A stretch of 64,000 nucleotides of DNA. Origin: a virus. Position numbers and translations under genes: made by a program. The notes beneath the pieces are model-generated. The model was not told the origin of the DNA and made no database searches. It saw only the letters and a list, made by a program, of their open reading frames with translations. This document shows, piece after piece, positions 54,022 to 64,000 of this stretch (positions are counted from its first letter, which is position 1; every line of letters starts with the position of its first letter). The stretch covers positions 1 through 64,000 of the IMG/VR virus record IMGVR_UViG_3300047160_005727; one strand, given 5' to 3'.

Positions 54022-54674
54022 TGCCTGACCCACGACACCCGCAGCAGCCTCGCCCGCCGAGACATCCGGCGCCGCAGCCGCAGCGAGGTCAGCCCGCGCA
54101 GCCAGCGCCAGTTCCTACCAAGCCCTCAGCGATGCGGCCGGTTCGGCAGCTTGCTCCGTCCGAAGAGGCCCCGCCCCTCGAGAAGCAGCGGAAGCTCAAG
54201 AAGGGCGAAAGCTACTGGGTCGTAGGTCAACGGCATCTGGAGAGGCCACTCAAGGGCAAGATCGTCCGGCTGTCCAACGAACCAGGCAAGGCGATCGGTA
54301 TCGAGTTCGATCAGCCGATCGGCGGGCTCGACAAGGAAGGGCAGCTCTGGGGCGTCAACCATACCTGCGATGGTCATGGCAAGCAGGGGCACTGCCTTTA
54401 TGTTCGCCCCGACCAGGTTCTCGATGAAAAAGAGATGGCGAGCTTCAACGCGCGTCAAGCCGAGGCGAGAGCCGCCGAGACGAAGTGGGAAGAATTTGAT
54501 GAGCTAACTGTTGGCCCGACAGCTCCACCGTCGGTTCCGGCGGAACCGGCCCCGAACGGGCACAGCGAGAAGATGACGATCGGTCCTGGCGACGTCGGCA
54601 AGCTCGAACTCAAGAAGGAAGAAGACAAAGACGAGGACGAAGACGAAGAGGACGAAGAGGACGACGACAAGTAA
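54018..54674 (+). CDS. Hypothetical protein with an SH3/CAP-Gly-like core and acidic tail
   Basis: GKIV...IGIEFD.PIG...HTCDG.GK.GHC.YV. Confidence 0.65.
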   Translation: MMPDPRHPQQPRPPRHPAPQPQRGQPAQPAPVPTKPSAMRPVRQLAPSEEAPPLEKQRKLKKGESYWVVGQRHLERPLKGKIVRLSNEPGKAIGIEFDQPIGGLDKEGQLWGVNHTCDGHGKQGHCLYVRPDQVLDEKEMASFNARQAEARAAETKWEEFDELTVGPTAPPSVPAEPAPNGHSEKMTIGPGDVGKLELKKEEDKDEDEDEEDEEDDDK

Positions 54675-54753
54675 CCACCGCACATAGGACCGGCTGGTAC
54701 CGAATACCATTGCTGCCAGCCATCCGCAGGTCCCACCCGGGAGAGGCAATACA

Positions 54754-55557
54754 ATGTCTTTCACCTGGGCCGCCTTTTACCGCGACGGCGGCCATGCGCT
54801 TCAGCGCAAGAACGACAAGCTCCACCTCGATACCGCTGTGCTCAAGAGCATTCAGCTCTTCGACCACAGCGGTCGTCCTTTCATCGAGCAGCTCTTCGAG
54901 CCCCAGCAGCGGGCGATCTATCACGTCCTGCCGCACACGCCGCTGACCGGCGCTCCCTGCCACATGCTGGGCTGGCAAGAGACCCTCAAGCGCGATGGTC
55001 GTGACATCAGTATGCAGCACATTGCCTACATCTCGGAAGATGGTCGGATCATCATGGCCGGCCGCTACGATGAAGGTCTGCCCTGGTTTGCCGTGGTTCG
55101 TGACGTCAACCCTGGCATGCCCGACCTGAGCTGGGTTGCCTACTACGAAGACGGGCAAGTTGACCCGATGTACGAGCCTCGCACCCACCATGAGATCAGT
55201 GCCGCGCAGATCGATCGAGGGCGGCTGCTCTCGATGGTCTTCTACGGCAACCAGGGCCTACCCTGGTTCGAGCAGTACTTCGATCGCGGTCAGCGGATGA
55301 TCTTCCGGCGGCGGAACTTCATGTCCACTGGCGAGCTGATAGCTGGACAACCACCGGTCATCAACATGCTGGGCTGGCAGTTCTCGGCCCAGACTCCTGA
55401 CGGTCGTGATAGCAACGTCCAGCACATCGCTTACGTCATCGGCGATGAGTCGATCATCATGGCTGGCGCCTTCCAGGAGAAACATCCCTGGTTCTACAGT
55501 CCGCAGCTCGTTGCTACCGATACCTGGGAGATCGGTTCGCCGATGCCCGGTGCCTAG
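54754..55557 (+). CDS. Hypothetical protein made of two internal repeats
   Basis: W.A.Y.DG...EQ.F...QR.I...MLGWQ...DGRD...QHIAY....IIMAG...PWF occurs twice. Confidence 0.78.
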   Translation: MSFTWAAFYRDGGHALQRKNDKLHLDTAVLKSIQLFDHSGRPFIEQLFEPQQRAIYHVLPHTPLTGAPCHMLGWQETLKRDGRDISMQHIAYISEDGRIIMAGRYDEGLPWFAVVRDVNPGMPDLSWVAYYEDGQVDPMYEPRTHHEISAAQIDRGRLLSMVFYGNQGLPWFEQYFDRGQRMIFRRRNFMSTGELIAGQPPVINMLGWQFSAQTPDGRDSNVQHIAYVIGDESIIMAGAFQEKHPWFYSPQLVATDTWEIGSPMPGA

Positions 55558-55586
55558 CCGGCCGGTGATCCAAGGAGGGATCGCGC

Positions 55587-56780
55587 ATGGCCTACCTGAC
55601 CAAGACGGACCGGATCATGGAGCAGGCCGCCGCGCCAGGGACCGGCAACGTGACCCTGGGCGGTGCCGTGACCGGGTTCCGCACCTTCGCGTCGGTTTTG
55701 AACTCGGCCAACCCTGACACCTGCGCCTACCTGATCGAGGCCGTGGATGCCAACGGGATCCCGACGGGACCGTGGGAGCGCGGTTTCGGCACCCTGACGG
55801 CTGCAACCACTTTCGTCCGCACGGTCGTGCTCGAGTCGATGCAGGGTCCTGGCAGTGCCGTCAACTTTACGACCGGCATCCGGATCAGCAGTGTTCCGAT
55901 GACCGAGACGACCCAGTTCTATCCGCAGCCAGGTGGCCGGCTGACCCTGTCAGCTACCCTTCCGGTGGCTGAAGTCGGCGGCGGTAGTACCATGCTGTAC
56001 TACTTGCCGTATCTGCACGACAGGGTTCCCCTCTGGAACGGCTACGCCATCCAGGTCGTCAGCGTTACCAACGGTGTATCTCTCAACCTCACTTCCGTCG
56101 GGCTCGCGATCAATTCGGTCTATGACGTCTTCGGCTTCATCTCGGCGACGGGGGCCATGAACCTGGAGGTACTGGTCTGGACAGATCTGCACAACCGGGC
56201 AACGAACATCACCGTACAGAACGGTCTTCCCTGCAAGCAGACCGACGCCACCCGGCTCTATCTGGGTACCTTCTACACGCCGTCCGGAAACCAGATCTAC
56301 GACGTTGGTACAGGCGTCGGGTCAGGCGGTCAGCCCAAGCGCTATCTGTGGAACTATTACAACCGGGTGCAGCGCCACATCGTCATGTATGACAACACCG
56401 CCAGCTGGAGCTGGGCCACCAACGCGTGGCGAGTCATGCGGGGCCTGACACCACCCAACGGTACCGTCGAGATGGTGCGTGGGAACAACGACGACGAAGT
56501 CATACTGTACGCTACGCTCGCGTGTAACCCTCCCGTCAACTGTACCGGATATGTCTGTTTCAGTCTGGACTCCGCTACCGCGACTACCGGCCCATGCTCC
56601 TACGGGATGATAACCAACAACGCGACCTACAACCTGGCCAAGCAGATCACTGCGGTATACACGGGGTACCCCGGTATTGGCTACCACTACATGGGCTGCA
56701 TGGAAAATAGCTATGGAGGCACGGTGAGCTTCGGTGGGAACTGGGGCGGGAATGGTATTGCCGGGATCGTGTGGGCATAA
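55587..56780 (+). CDS. Tail fibre/receptor-binding-like protein, paralog 1
   Basis: Conserved N-terminus DRIME.A..PGTG.VTLGGAV.GFRTFAS shared by three tandem genes. Confidence 0.72.
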   Translation: MAYLTKTDRIMEQAAAPGTGNVTLGGAVTGFRTFASVLNSANPDTCAYLIEAVDANGIPTGPWERGFGTLTAATTFVRTVVLESMQGPGSAVNFTTGIRISSVPMTETTQFYPQPGGRLTLSATLPVAEVGGGSTMLYYLPYLHDRVPLWNGYAIQVVSVTNGVSLNLTSVGLAINSVYDVFGFISATGAMNLEVLVWTDLHNRATNITVQNGLPCKQTDATRLYLGTFYTPSGNQIYDVGTGVGSGGQPKRYLWNYYNRVQRHIVMYDNTASWSWATNAWRVMRGLTPPNGTVEMVRGNNDDEVILYATLACNPPVNCTGYVCFSLDSATATTGPCSYGMITNNATYNLAKQITAVYTGYPGIGYHYMGCMENSYGGTVSFGGNWGGNGIAGIVWA

Positions 56781-56792
56781 AGGGCTCTGTCG

Positions 56793-57983
56793 ATGGCGTA
56801 CAGAACGCTAGGCACAGATCGGATCATGGAGGTCGCTTCTGCGCCCGGCACCGGCAGCGTGACCCTGGGCGGTGCTGTATGCGGCTTCCGCACTTTTGCC
56901 AGTGTTCTGGCCTCGGCCGACACTGTCGGCTACTTCATCGAGGGCGTAGACGCCACCGGGACTACCGCAGCGCCGTGGGAGCGAGGCTTCGCCACGTTTA
57001 CCAGCGCCTCGAACACCTTGGCCCGGTCGATCGTGATCGAGTCATCTGCTGGTAGCGGCGTCACTGCCAATTTCACGGGCAACGTCCGGGTTGGCGTCGC
57101 TCCGATGACCGAGACGACCCAGTTCTATCCGCAGCCGGGCGGCCGGCTGAGCGTCATCTCGGGGAACCCATACGGCGACGGTTCAACGACAGGGAACCTG
57201 ATCTGGTATTTGCCCTTCATGCACGACAAGTGCCCTGTCTGGAACAACGGCGGCATCCAGGTCCTGACGATCCCCGCGGCCGGAGTATCCCTCAACATCG
57301 CCGGGTGTGGGGCCGGAACATGCTGGGATGTTTTCGCCTACAACAATGCCGGGGCGCTCGGGCTAACGATGCTTGCCTGGGCCAGCCTTACGGGTAGGTC
57401 CACTAACGTGACCTACCAGAACGGCTTCCTGTGTCTTCAGACCCAGGCAGCCAACCGTTATCTGGGCAGCTTCTACACAACTGCCGGCGGTACGGTCTAT
57501 GACACCCTGAATGTTGCCGGTGGCACTGGCCAGCCAGCCAAGCGGCTGCTCTGGAACATGTATAACCGGATATCGAGGCCGGCCTACATGTACGACACGA
57601 CTGCTAGCTGGAACCCTGTCGGCTCCTGGCGACCCATCCGGGGCGCGGTAGTTCCCAACGCCTGTGTCGAGGTGATGCGGGGGTTAGACGAAGATGCGGT
57701 CATAGCGCTCGGCCTGGTATCCGGTCAGGCTCCGAACGGTCCAGGCTTCTTCGGCTCCGTCGCCCTTGATAGTGCCACCGCCACTACACCGGTGGGTTGG
57801 GGTCAGGTCAATAATGGCAACCCCGGGACCGTCCAGAGTCAGATCGCTATTCCATATGCGGGGTTGCCCGGTCTCGGCTACCACTACCTGATCCTGTGTG
57901 ACAACGGTGGTACCTCTGCCACCATCTCAGTCATTGGCTGGCAGAGCGGATCATGCTCCCTTATTGGAACTGTACGCTCCTAG
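56793..57983 (+). CDS. Tail fibre/receptor-binding-like protein, paralog 2
   Basis: Same N-terminus; also FYPQPGGRL, HD..P.WN, KRLLWN.YNR, PGLGYH. Confidence 0.72.
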   Translation: MAYRTLGTDRIMEVASAPGTGSVTLGGAVCGFRTFASVLASADTVGYFIEGVDATGTTAAPWERGFATFTSASNTLARSIVIESSAGSGVTANFTGNVRVGVAPMTETTQFYPQPGGRLSVISGNPYGDGSTTGNLIWYLPFMHDKCPVWNNGGIQVLTIPAAGVSLNIAGCGAGTCWDVFAYNNAGALGLTMLAWASLTGRSTNVTYQNGFLCLQTQAANRYLGSFYTTAGGTVYDTLNVAGGTGQPAKRLLWNMYNRISRPAYMYDTTASWNPVGSWRPIRGAVVPNACVEVMRGLDEDAVIALGLVSGQAPNGPGFFGSVALDSATATTPVGWGQVNNGNPGTVQSQIAIPYAGLPGLGYHYLILCDNGGTSATISVIGWQSGSCSLIGTVRS

Positions 57984-57996
57984 AGCGGGGTCGCTG

Positions 57997-59202
57997 ATGG
58001 CATCCTACAGGTTTAACAAGGTAGACCGGGTGCTGGAAACCGCGACGTCGCCGGGCACAGGCAACGTGTCATTGGGTGGTGCTGTGCCTGGGTTTCGTAC
58101 TTTCGCGTCCCTTCTGGGCGCAGGCGACACCTGTGCTTATACCATCGAGAACGTGGATGCCAACGGCAACCCGAACGGGGGTTGGGAACGCGGCTTCGGT
58201 ACGTTTCAAAGCGGTCCGGTCCTGGCCCGAACGACCATCATCGAGTCGTCTGCCGGCGGTACTACTGCCGTCAATTTCGCCGGGAATGTTCGGGTCGGTA
58301 TCACGATGATGTCGGACACGGTTGTGTGCTACCCGACGCCGGGTGGCCGGCTAACTGGGGTGTCAGGCGGCCCGGTCGGCGATACCCCTACCACCGGTAA
58401 CAATGCGATCTATTACGTGCCTTACATGCACGACAGGATCCCCGTCTGGAACGGTGCCGGCATGCAGATCATGCAGATCCCCGCAGCCGGACTGACCATC
58501 AACGTCGCCAGCATGGCGGCCGGTACGGCCTGGGATGTCTTCGCCTATCCTTCCGGCATGAACCTCGCGCTGGAGACGGCTCAGTGGACCAGTCCTACGT
58601 CTCGGGGCAGCTTCAGCATAGTTTGGTCCAGCAACGGCGGCTACATAGCCAAAAGTACTGATGCAACCCGCCGATGGATAGGCAGCTTCTACATAGATAC
58701 TGCGGGCACGATCTATGATGTCGCGGCTACCGGCAGTAGCAATTCCCAGCCTGCCAAGCGGCTTCTCTTTAACGCGTATAACCGGGTGGCGAAAGCGGCC
58801 TACATGCAGGACTCCGGCGCCAACTGGAGCGGCGGCGCTACCGGCAACTGGCGGGTCATTCGAGGCCAGACGATCCCGGCGGCCTCGATCCAGTTATTCC
58901 AGGGGTTGGGGGACGAGTCGGTCTATGTGGCCGGCTCGCTTGGCGTACAGTGCGCGTCCGGCGTGTGGGCTAACGGCGGCATCGGCCTGGATGGGACCTC
59001 TGTTCCTGGCAACTCGGGCTGGGGTGACTTCTATACCAGCTTTGAAGCCACTCAGGGGGTTATCACCTTCTCTTATTCGGGGCAGCCCGGTCTGGGCTAC
59101 CACACCCTGACTCTGCTCGAAGGTGCAGCTGCTGCCTCTCCTTATCCGACCTTCGGCTGGGCCTTCGGGGGAGTCGGCATGTGGGGAGTCGTGCGTTGTT
59201 AG
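57997..59202 (+). CDS. Tail fibre/receptor-binding-like protein, paralog 3
   Basis: Same conserved blocks as paralogs 1 and 2. Confidence 0.72.
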   Translation: MASYRFNKVDRVLETATSPGTGNVSLGGAVPGFRTFASLLGAGDTCAYTIENVDANGNPNGGWERGFGTFQSGPVLARTTIIESSAGGTTAVNFAGNVRVGITMMSDTVVCYPTPGGRLTGVSGGPVGDTPTTGNNAIYYVPYMHDRIPVWNGAGMQIMQIPAAGLTINVASMAAGTAWDVFAYPSGMNLALETAQWTSPTSRGSFSIVWSSNGGYIAKSTDATRRWIGSFYIDTAGTIYDVAATGSSNSQPAKRLLFNAYNRVAKAAYMQDSGANWSGGATGNWRVIRGQTIPAASIQLFQGLGDESVYVAGSLGVQCASGVWANGGIGLDGTSVPGNSGWGDFYTSFEATQGVITFSYSGQPGLGYHTLTLLEGAAAASPYPTFGWAFGGVGMWGVVRC

Positions 59203-59220
59203 TCAGGGAATAACAAGACG

Positions 59221-62200
59221 ATGTTTTCCGCTTCACCCTTCTCACGACAGCCATCGTCTTCGTTGCCCAACGACGGCCCGTATGGTGCGCCGACTGATCC
59301 CAACCTGATCTCCTACTGGAAGCTGGACGAGTCCGCGACCGGCGCGATCGCGCACGACTACGGCAAGGCGATGGCCCACGCCACCGATACTTCGGCCGCC
59401 ACGACGGTATCCACGACATCGCCGGTTGCGGCACCGGTCAATAACTTCGTCGATCCGTCGGGCCGTTACTTCCCGAGCAACACCAACAATGGCTTGAATG
59501 CCGGAACGCCAGCAGCACACCTGATCGCCGACAACTTCACCGTCGGGTTTTGGTGCCGTGTTACCAGTCTTGCCGGCAACAACACCATGTGTCCCATCTC
59601 GAAGTGGGACTATACCGCGCCTTTTGCTGGCTGGTCGTTCGTCGTAAATACCTCCGTCTCCAACATCGGCTATCCCGACTTCATCGTCGGTAGTAGCTCG
59701 ACCCTCTATCACTGTCTCGCCAATGGCCCACTCACGGTCAACGTCTGGACTCACGTTTGCGGCGTGCAGCGGAACGGTACTCGGTACATCTACATCAACG
59801 GGATCAAGCAGGCTGCGAGCAACAGCCAGGCGTTGGTGGTCGTAGGCTCGACTCTGCCGACGTACATCGCCCAGATGAGTACCAGGAACTATGGCTGGTA
59901 CGGCGACCTCGATGACATTCGCTGGTACGGCATCGCGCTCACTGATGACCAGATCTACAGCCTTGGTCATGGCAATGATCCGTACCTGACCACGATCACG
60001 ACCAGGACGCACACGACCGATGCTGTCAAGTACCTGACAACAGCCGAGACGCATACCACCGACACTGCGAACCTCCTGACGTCGACGAAGGCGCATACTA
60101 CCGACTTTTCGGTGCAAGCTCTCGGGGTGCCCCGGTCGCATTCCACTGACTGCCGGGTCGTCGATAGCAGGCTGGTCTCCTACTGGCCGCTGGACGAGGC
60201 TGCGGCTGGCAACACCGCGATGGACTACGGCTGGGCCGGCGCCAATGCTACCGATGGCTCAAGTACCGTAGGCCCCTCGACAACTGCGCCGATCGCGGCA
60301 CCAACTAACTTCACCAACCCTCGCGGCCGACTCTTCCCGGGCACTACTGCTGGCATCCTGAATGCTGGGGCTCCTGCGGCCCACAAGATCACTGATAACT
60401 TCACCGTGGCGTTCTGGTGCCGGACCACCAACAGCGCCACATCGAAGGCTGCCATCACGCGGCTGGATAACACAGCGGGCGCTACCGGCGGCTGGGTTGT
60501 GTACCTCGGTACCTCGTTTCCAGCCGCGGCTATCTGCCAAGTTGGCACTGGTTCGACTTATACCAGCATCACATCTGCCAACCTCATTCAGTCTGGTGTC
60601 TGGACTCATGTCGCTTTCAAGCAGACGTCTGGCACCCGCCAGATGTATGTCAACGGCGTCAAGTCGGGCGCATCTGCCGTTACTGCGTACAACCAGCCTG
60701 GCGCGACCGTAGCGACCCAGATCGGTGCGTACTGGACTGGCGGCTCATCAACCTTCAACGGCGACCTCGATGATGTTCGCTACTACAACGTAGCCCTCAC
60801 TGACGATCAGATCACCAGCTTGGGCGCTGGTAATGATCCGTTTCTGGTCACGACCACAACTAGGACCCACACCACTGATATCAGGCGGTACCAGACGACC
60901 AGCAAGACCCACACCACTGATATCAGGCGGTACCAGACGACCAGCAAGACCCACAGCACTGATATACGGGTCTACCAGACAGTCAGCAAGGCCCACGGTA
61001 CTGATATCAAACTCTGGCGGTCAGTCAGTCCGGCTCACAGCACTGATATCAAACTCTGGCGGTCAGTCAGTCCGGCTCACGGTACTGATATCAGACTCTG
61101 GTGGTCGGTCAGTCCGGCTCACAGCACTGATATCAAACTCTGGCGGTCAGTCAGTCCGGCTCACAGCACTGACACTCAGCTTCGATCCATACTGACCGTC
61201 ACGATAACCCACAGCACCGACACGCGGGTCTACCAGACAGTATCCAAAGCTCACAACACTGACACACGTGTTTATCAGACAGTATCAAAAGCTCACAGCA
61301 CCAACACACTGGTCTACCAGTCGGTGCAGAAGGCTCACAGCACTGACACATGGCTGTCGCAGCTAGTAACGAGGTCAATAACACATGCCACTGACACTCG
61401 GCTGTGCTGGGCACAGCTCGTCTCCTGGTGGAAGCTCGATGAAGCGACAAACGGCGCGGTTGCGATCGACTACGGGTGGGCTGCCGCCAACGCTACTGAC
61501 ACCGGCGGCACGACCATCTCGACACCGGCGCCGACCACCTTCGCCAACCCCAATGCTCGCCACCTCCCGGGTGCCCCCACCTATCTGAATGCCGGTACTC
61601 CAGCGGCGCACATCATCAACGACAATTTCACTGTGGCGCTCTGGGTACGACCTTCCGCTTCGCTCACAACTAGCTACGGCCTAATAGGGCGGTGGAACAA
61701 CACGTCCGGTAGCTTTGGCGGTTGGGTCGTCCAGAACAGCAGTACTGCGGTCCAGTTGATGGTTGGCACAGGCGGGAGTGCCAGCCCCGTAAACTCGAAT
61801 GCCGCGCTGACGATCGGCACCTGGACCCACGTTGCCTTCAAGCAGACATCCGGTACCCGTCAGATCTACATCAACGGCATCAAGTCAGGCTTACCCACCT
61901 CCGTTGCATGGCAGCAGCCCGGTCCGACCTATCCAACGCTCCTCGGCAATACGTTTACCGCTGGAACACCATGGAAGGGCGACCTCGATGATGTCCGCTA
62001 CTACAACGTAGCCCTCACTGACGATCAGATCAGCAGCTTGGGTGCCGGCAACGAGCCATACCTGGTTACAACTTCAACCAAGACGCATACCACCGACAGC
62101 TACCTGCTCCTGTCGCCGATCAAGACCCACACCACCGATATCGACCTGGCCACGGTGGTGTTCAAGACCCATACCACCGACACGCGGGTCTACCAGTCGG

Positions 62201-62649
62201 TGCAGAAGACCCACACCACTGACACGCGGGTCTACCAGTCGGTGCAGAAGACCCACACCACCGACACGCGGGTCTACCAGACTGTCAGCAAAGCCCACAA
62301 CACCGACACGCGGGTCTACCAGACTGTCAGCAAAGCCCACAGCACCAACACCTGGCTCTCGCAGCTTGGCACTGTTGTCATCTACCACACCACCGATACC
62401 GACTTCAAAGGATCGGTGACCTGGACCCACACAACCGACACGAGAGTCTACAAGTCAGTCAGCAAGGCCCACAACACTGACACGCGGGTCTACCAGACCT
62501 ACAGTAGGGCTCACAGCACCGATACTGCCATCCCGCACACATTTACCGTGACCCATTCCACCAACTCCTTCCTCAAGATCGGGATCGTGGGGTCACGATC
62601 CCGTACCCAACGCATCGGTACGCGAACCCTAGCCTTCAACGAGAGGTGA
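59221..62649 (+). CDS. Adhesin/fibre with three LamG (ConA-like) domains separated by 14-aa HxTD repeat stalks
   Basis: 3x L.SYW.LDE...NFTV..W...WTHV...YINGxK...GDLDD.RYY..ALTDDQI, interspersed with (T/A)HxTD repeats. Confidence 0.88.
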   Translation: MFSASPFSRQPSSSLPNDGPYGAPTDPNLISYWKLDESATGAIAHDYGKAMAHATDTSAATTVSTTSPVAAPVNNFVDPSGRYFPSNTNNGLNAGTPAAHLIADNFTVGFWCRVTSLAGNNTMCPISKWDYTAPFAGWSFVVNTSVSNIGYPDFIVGSSSTLYHCLANGPLTVNVWTHVCGVQRNGTRYIYINGIKQAASNSQALVVVGSTLPTYIAQMSTRNYGWYGDLDDIRWYGIALTDDQIYSLGHGNDPYLTTITTRTHTTDAVKYLTTAETHTTDTANLLTSTKAHTTDFSVQALGVPRSHSTDCRVVDSRLVSYWPLDEAAAGNTAMDYGWAGANATDGSSTVGPSTTAPIAAPTNFTNPRGRLFPGTTAGILNAGAPAAHKITDNFTVAFWCRTTNSATSKAAITRLDNTAGATGGWVVYLGTSFPAAAICQVGTGSTYTSITSANLIQSGVWTHVAFKQTSGTRQMYVNGVKSGASAVTAYNQPGATVATQIGAYWTGGSSTFNGDLDDVRYYNVALTDDQITSLGAGNDPFLVTTTTRTHTTDIRRYQTTSKTHTTDIRRYQTTSKTHSTDIRVYQTVSKAHGTDIKLWRSVSPAHSTDIKLWRSVSPAHGTDIRLWWSVSPAHSTDIKLWRSVSPAHSTDTQLRSILTVTITHSTDTRVYQTVSKAHNTDTRVYQTVSKAHSTNTLVYQSVQKAHSTDTWLSQLVTRSITHATDTRLCWAQLVSWWKLDEATNGAVAIDYGWAAANATDTGGTTISTPAPTTFANPNARHLPGAPTYLNAGTPAAHIINDNFTVALWVRPSASLTTSYGLIGRWNNTSGSFGGWVVQNSSTAVQLMVGTGGSASPVNSNAALTIGTWTHVAFKQTSGTRQIYINGIKSGLPTSVAWQQPGPTYPTLLGNTFTAGTPWKGDLDDVRYYNVALTDDQISSLGAGNEPYLVTTSTKTHTTDSYLLLSPIKTHTTDIDLATVVFKTHTTDTRVYQSVQKTHTTDTRVYQSVQKTHTTDTRVYQTVSKAHNTDTRVYQTVSKAHSTNTWLSQLGTVVIYHTTDTDFKGSVTWTHTTDTRVYKSVSKAHNTDTRVYQTYSRAHSTDTAIPHTFTVTHSTNSFLKIGIVGSRSRTQRIGTRTLAFNER
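60865..61400 (+). repeat. Coding 42-bp tandem repeat block (about 13 units)
   Basis: THTTDIRRYQTTSK, AHSTDIKLWRSVSP and AHNTDTRVYQTVSK units; neighbours are near-identical in DNA. Confidence 0.88.
62083..62565 (+). repeat. Coding 42-bp tandem repeat block (about 12 units)
   Basis: THTTDTRVYQSVQK-type units. Confidence 0.88.
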
Positions 62650-62652
62650 TCT

Positions 62653-63216
62653 ATGAAAGAGCGCCAGCAACTGAGCACCAACTACCCGATCGGGTTCATG
62701 CTGGTGCTGAAGTCCGACCACATCACCGGGGCCGTTGGCAAGGCCAGCACGATAACCCTGACGATCTCCAAGAACGCCGCCCTGGGGTTCTCACCCCCGG
62801 CCGGCGCTCCTGGGACCATCATCACCGAAGTGGGCAACGGCTGGTACTACTGGAACCCGGTAGGAGCTGACCGGAGCGATCTTGGTGAGCTGCGGATCCA
62901 CGTCGATGAGCCCAGCTGTGATCCCTACGACGAGAAGTACGACATCGTCCAGTACGATCCGTACGCCTACGTCAGCCTGCCGGCCAGCGAGCGAACCTCG
63001 ATCGCCGATGCGATCTTGACCCGGGACTGGAGCCAGGTCACCGGCTGGGCAGCCCGCTCCTTGATCCAGGCCATGCGGCTGCTCCGCAACAAGTGGGGCG
63101 TCGACACGACTGGCAAGCTCACCGTCTGCATCGAGGACGACGCAACTACGGCATGGACCGGACAGCTCCAGAGTCAGCAGGGTGCCGATCCGATCGTTGG
63201 TCAGACCCCGCAGTAA
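62653..63216 (+). CDS. Virion structural protein
   Basis: GAGG RBS; ISKN...ITEVGNGWY pattern resembles baseplate/fibre N-terminal domains. Confidence 0.7.
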   Translation: MKERQQLSTNYPIGFMLVLKSDHITGAVGKASTITLTISKNAALGFSPPAGAPGTIITEVGNGWYYWNPVGADRSDLGELRIHVDEPSCDPYDEKYDIVQYDPYAYVSLPASERTSIADAILTRDWSQVTGWAARSLIQAMRLLRNKWGVDTTGKLTVCIEDDATTAWTGQLQSQQGADPIVGQTPQ

Positions 63217-63244
63217 CTTCAACCAGCTTGAAAGGAGGCAGCTC

Positions 63245-64000
63245 ATGTTCCGTTTCGGTGATCCGGGCGGCCGGATGTATCAGGTCGCTGGTACATCCGG
63301 TGCCAACATCCTGGCTCTCTGGACGCTCTCCGCCCAGATCGGCCAGTGGTCGGTTGTCGCAGGCGGCGGTCGCCTTCCTGGCAATACCTGCCTGCGCATG
63401 GCGGTCGCCGGCAACCCGGCACTCGTCAAGACGATGGACAGCCAGCCGACTTGGGGCATCGCGTTTGGGCTGAAGCAGTCGATCATCCAACCCAACGTCG
63501 CGATCCAGGTGTGCGGCTTCCAGGACGCAAGCACCGTTCAGATGGACCTGCGCACTAACCTCGACGGTACGCTCTCTGCGACCCGCAACGGGACCGTGCT
63601 GGGTACGTCGACAGTTGCGCTGGGAGCGAATGCCTGGAACCACATCGAGTACAAGGTCACGTTCCATTCGAGTGCCGGTGTTATCCAGCTATGGATCAAC
63701 GGCGTCCAGCAGTTTAACCTCACCGGCCAGAATACCCGCGCGACCGCGAACAACTCGGCGAACCAGGTCTTCATCGGCAACTTCAACGGCGGTAACGCGG
63801 CCAACTACGACTTCGATGATGTTATCGCTTATGACGCACAGCCCAACGACGCCAACGGCTTTGCCGACATCACCGGGCCGATCGGTGACTGCTCACTCAA
63901 CTGGCTGCTGCCCACGGGTGCCGGCTCGACAACACAGTGGACCCCTGACTCGGGCTCGAACTACGCACGGGTGAACGAGGCTACGCCCGATGGCGATACG
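63245..64000 (+). CDS. LamG/ConA-like virion protein, 3'-truncated and absent from the ORF track
   Basis: AAAGGAGG RBS and ATG 63245, open to the window end: MFRFGDPGG...AWNHIEYKVT...IQLWING...FDDV. Confidence 0.8.
   Translation, partial: MFRFGDPGGRMYQVAGTSGANILALWTLSAQIGQWSVVAGGGRLPGNTCLRMAVAGNPALVKTMDSQPTWGIAFGLKQSIIQPNVAIQVCGFQDASTVQMDLRTNLDGTLSATRNGTVLGTSTVALGANAWNHIEYKVTFHSSAGVIQLWINGVQQFNLTGQNTRATANNSANQVFIGNFNGGNAANYDFDDVIAYDAQPNDANGFADITGPIGDCSLNWLLPTGAGSTTQWTPDSGSNYARVNEATPDGDT

Noticed and set aside
55587-59202. Diversity-generating retroelement or invertible fibre cassette
   Set aside because: No reverse transcriptase, no adenine-specific TR/VR pair, and no invertase or inverted gene copies in the window.
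60865-62565. 42-bp repeats as a CRISPR array
   Set aside because: The repeats are contiguous, in frame and protein-coding, with no unique spacers and no cas genes.
1-64000. Stop-codon reassignment
   Set aside because: Genes tile densely under the standard code and end in TAA, TAG and TGA at sensible boundaries.

Overview
This GC-rich (about 63-65% by eye) window has all convincing genes on the + strand. It reads as part of a large tailed-phage genome, not a cellular chromosome; a Planctomycetota host is a tentative inference. From left to right it holds: large Gly/Pro/Ala-rich virion-type proteins; two glycosyltransferases; two giant multi-module polyproteins (2H phosphoesterase + zincin + glycine zippers; LigD phosphoesterase + ATP-dependent ligase + ParB-like + intein-containing D6/D11/SNF2-like helicase); a C1-peptidase/membrane-protein cassette; and a phage multisubunit RNA polymerase split as a beta+beta'(N) fusion plus a separate beta'(C) gene. 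Between the two polymerase genes is an island with a repeated GCTAAA-N15/16-TGTCATA promoter motif, candidate structured RNAs and an iteron-like repeat. A head module (protease, scaffold-like, decoration, HK97-type major capsid), a GT2-methyltransferase and a fibre/adhesin cluster follow. Two features stand out. (1) A K-x-A motif punctuates most head-associated proteins and falls at module boundaries of the polyproteins, suggesting protease-released enzymatic cargo packed in the virion. (2) Two endonuclease genes are overprinted in the +1 frame inside one uninterrupted 1874-aa ORF: one inside an intein, overlapping its C-terminal splicing motifs, and one in a linker whose stop codon lies within a K-L-A site. 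All family assignments come from motif recognition by eye, not database searches.
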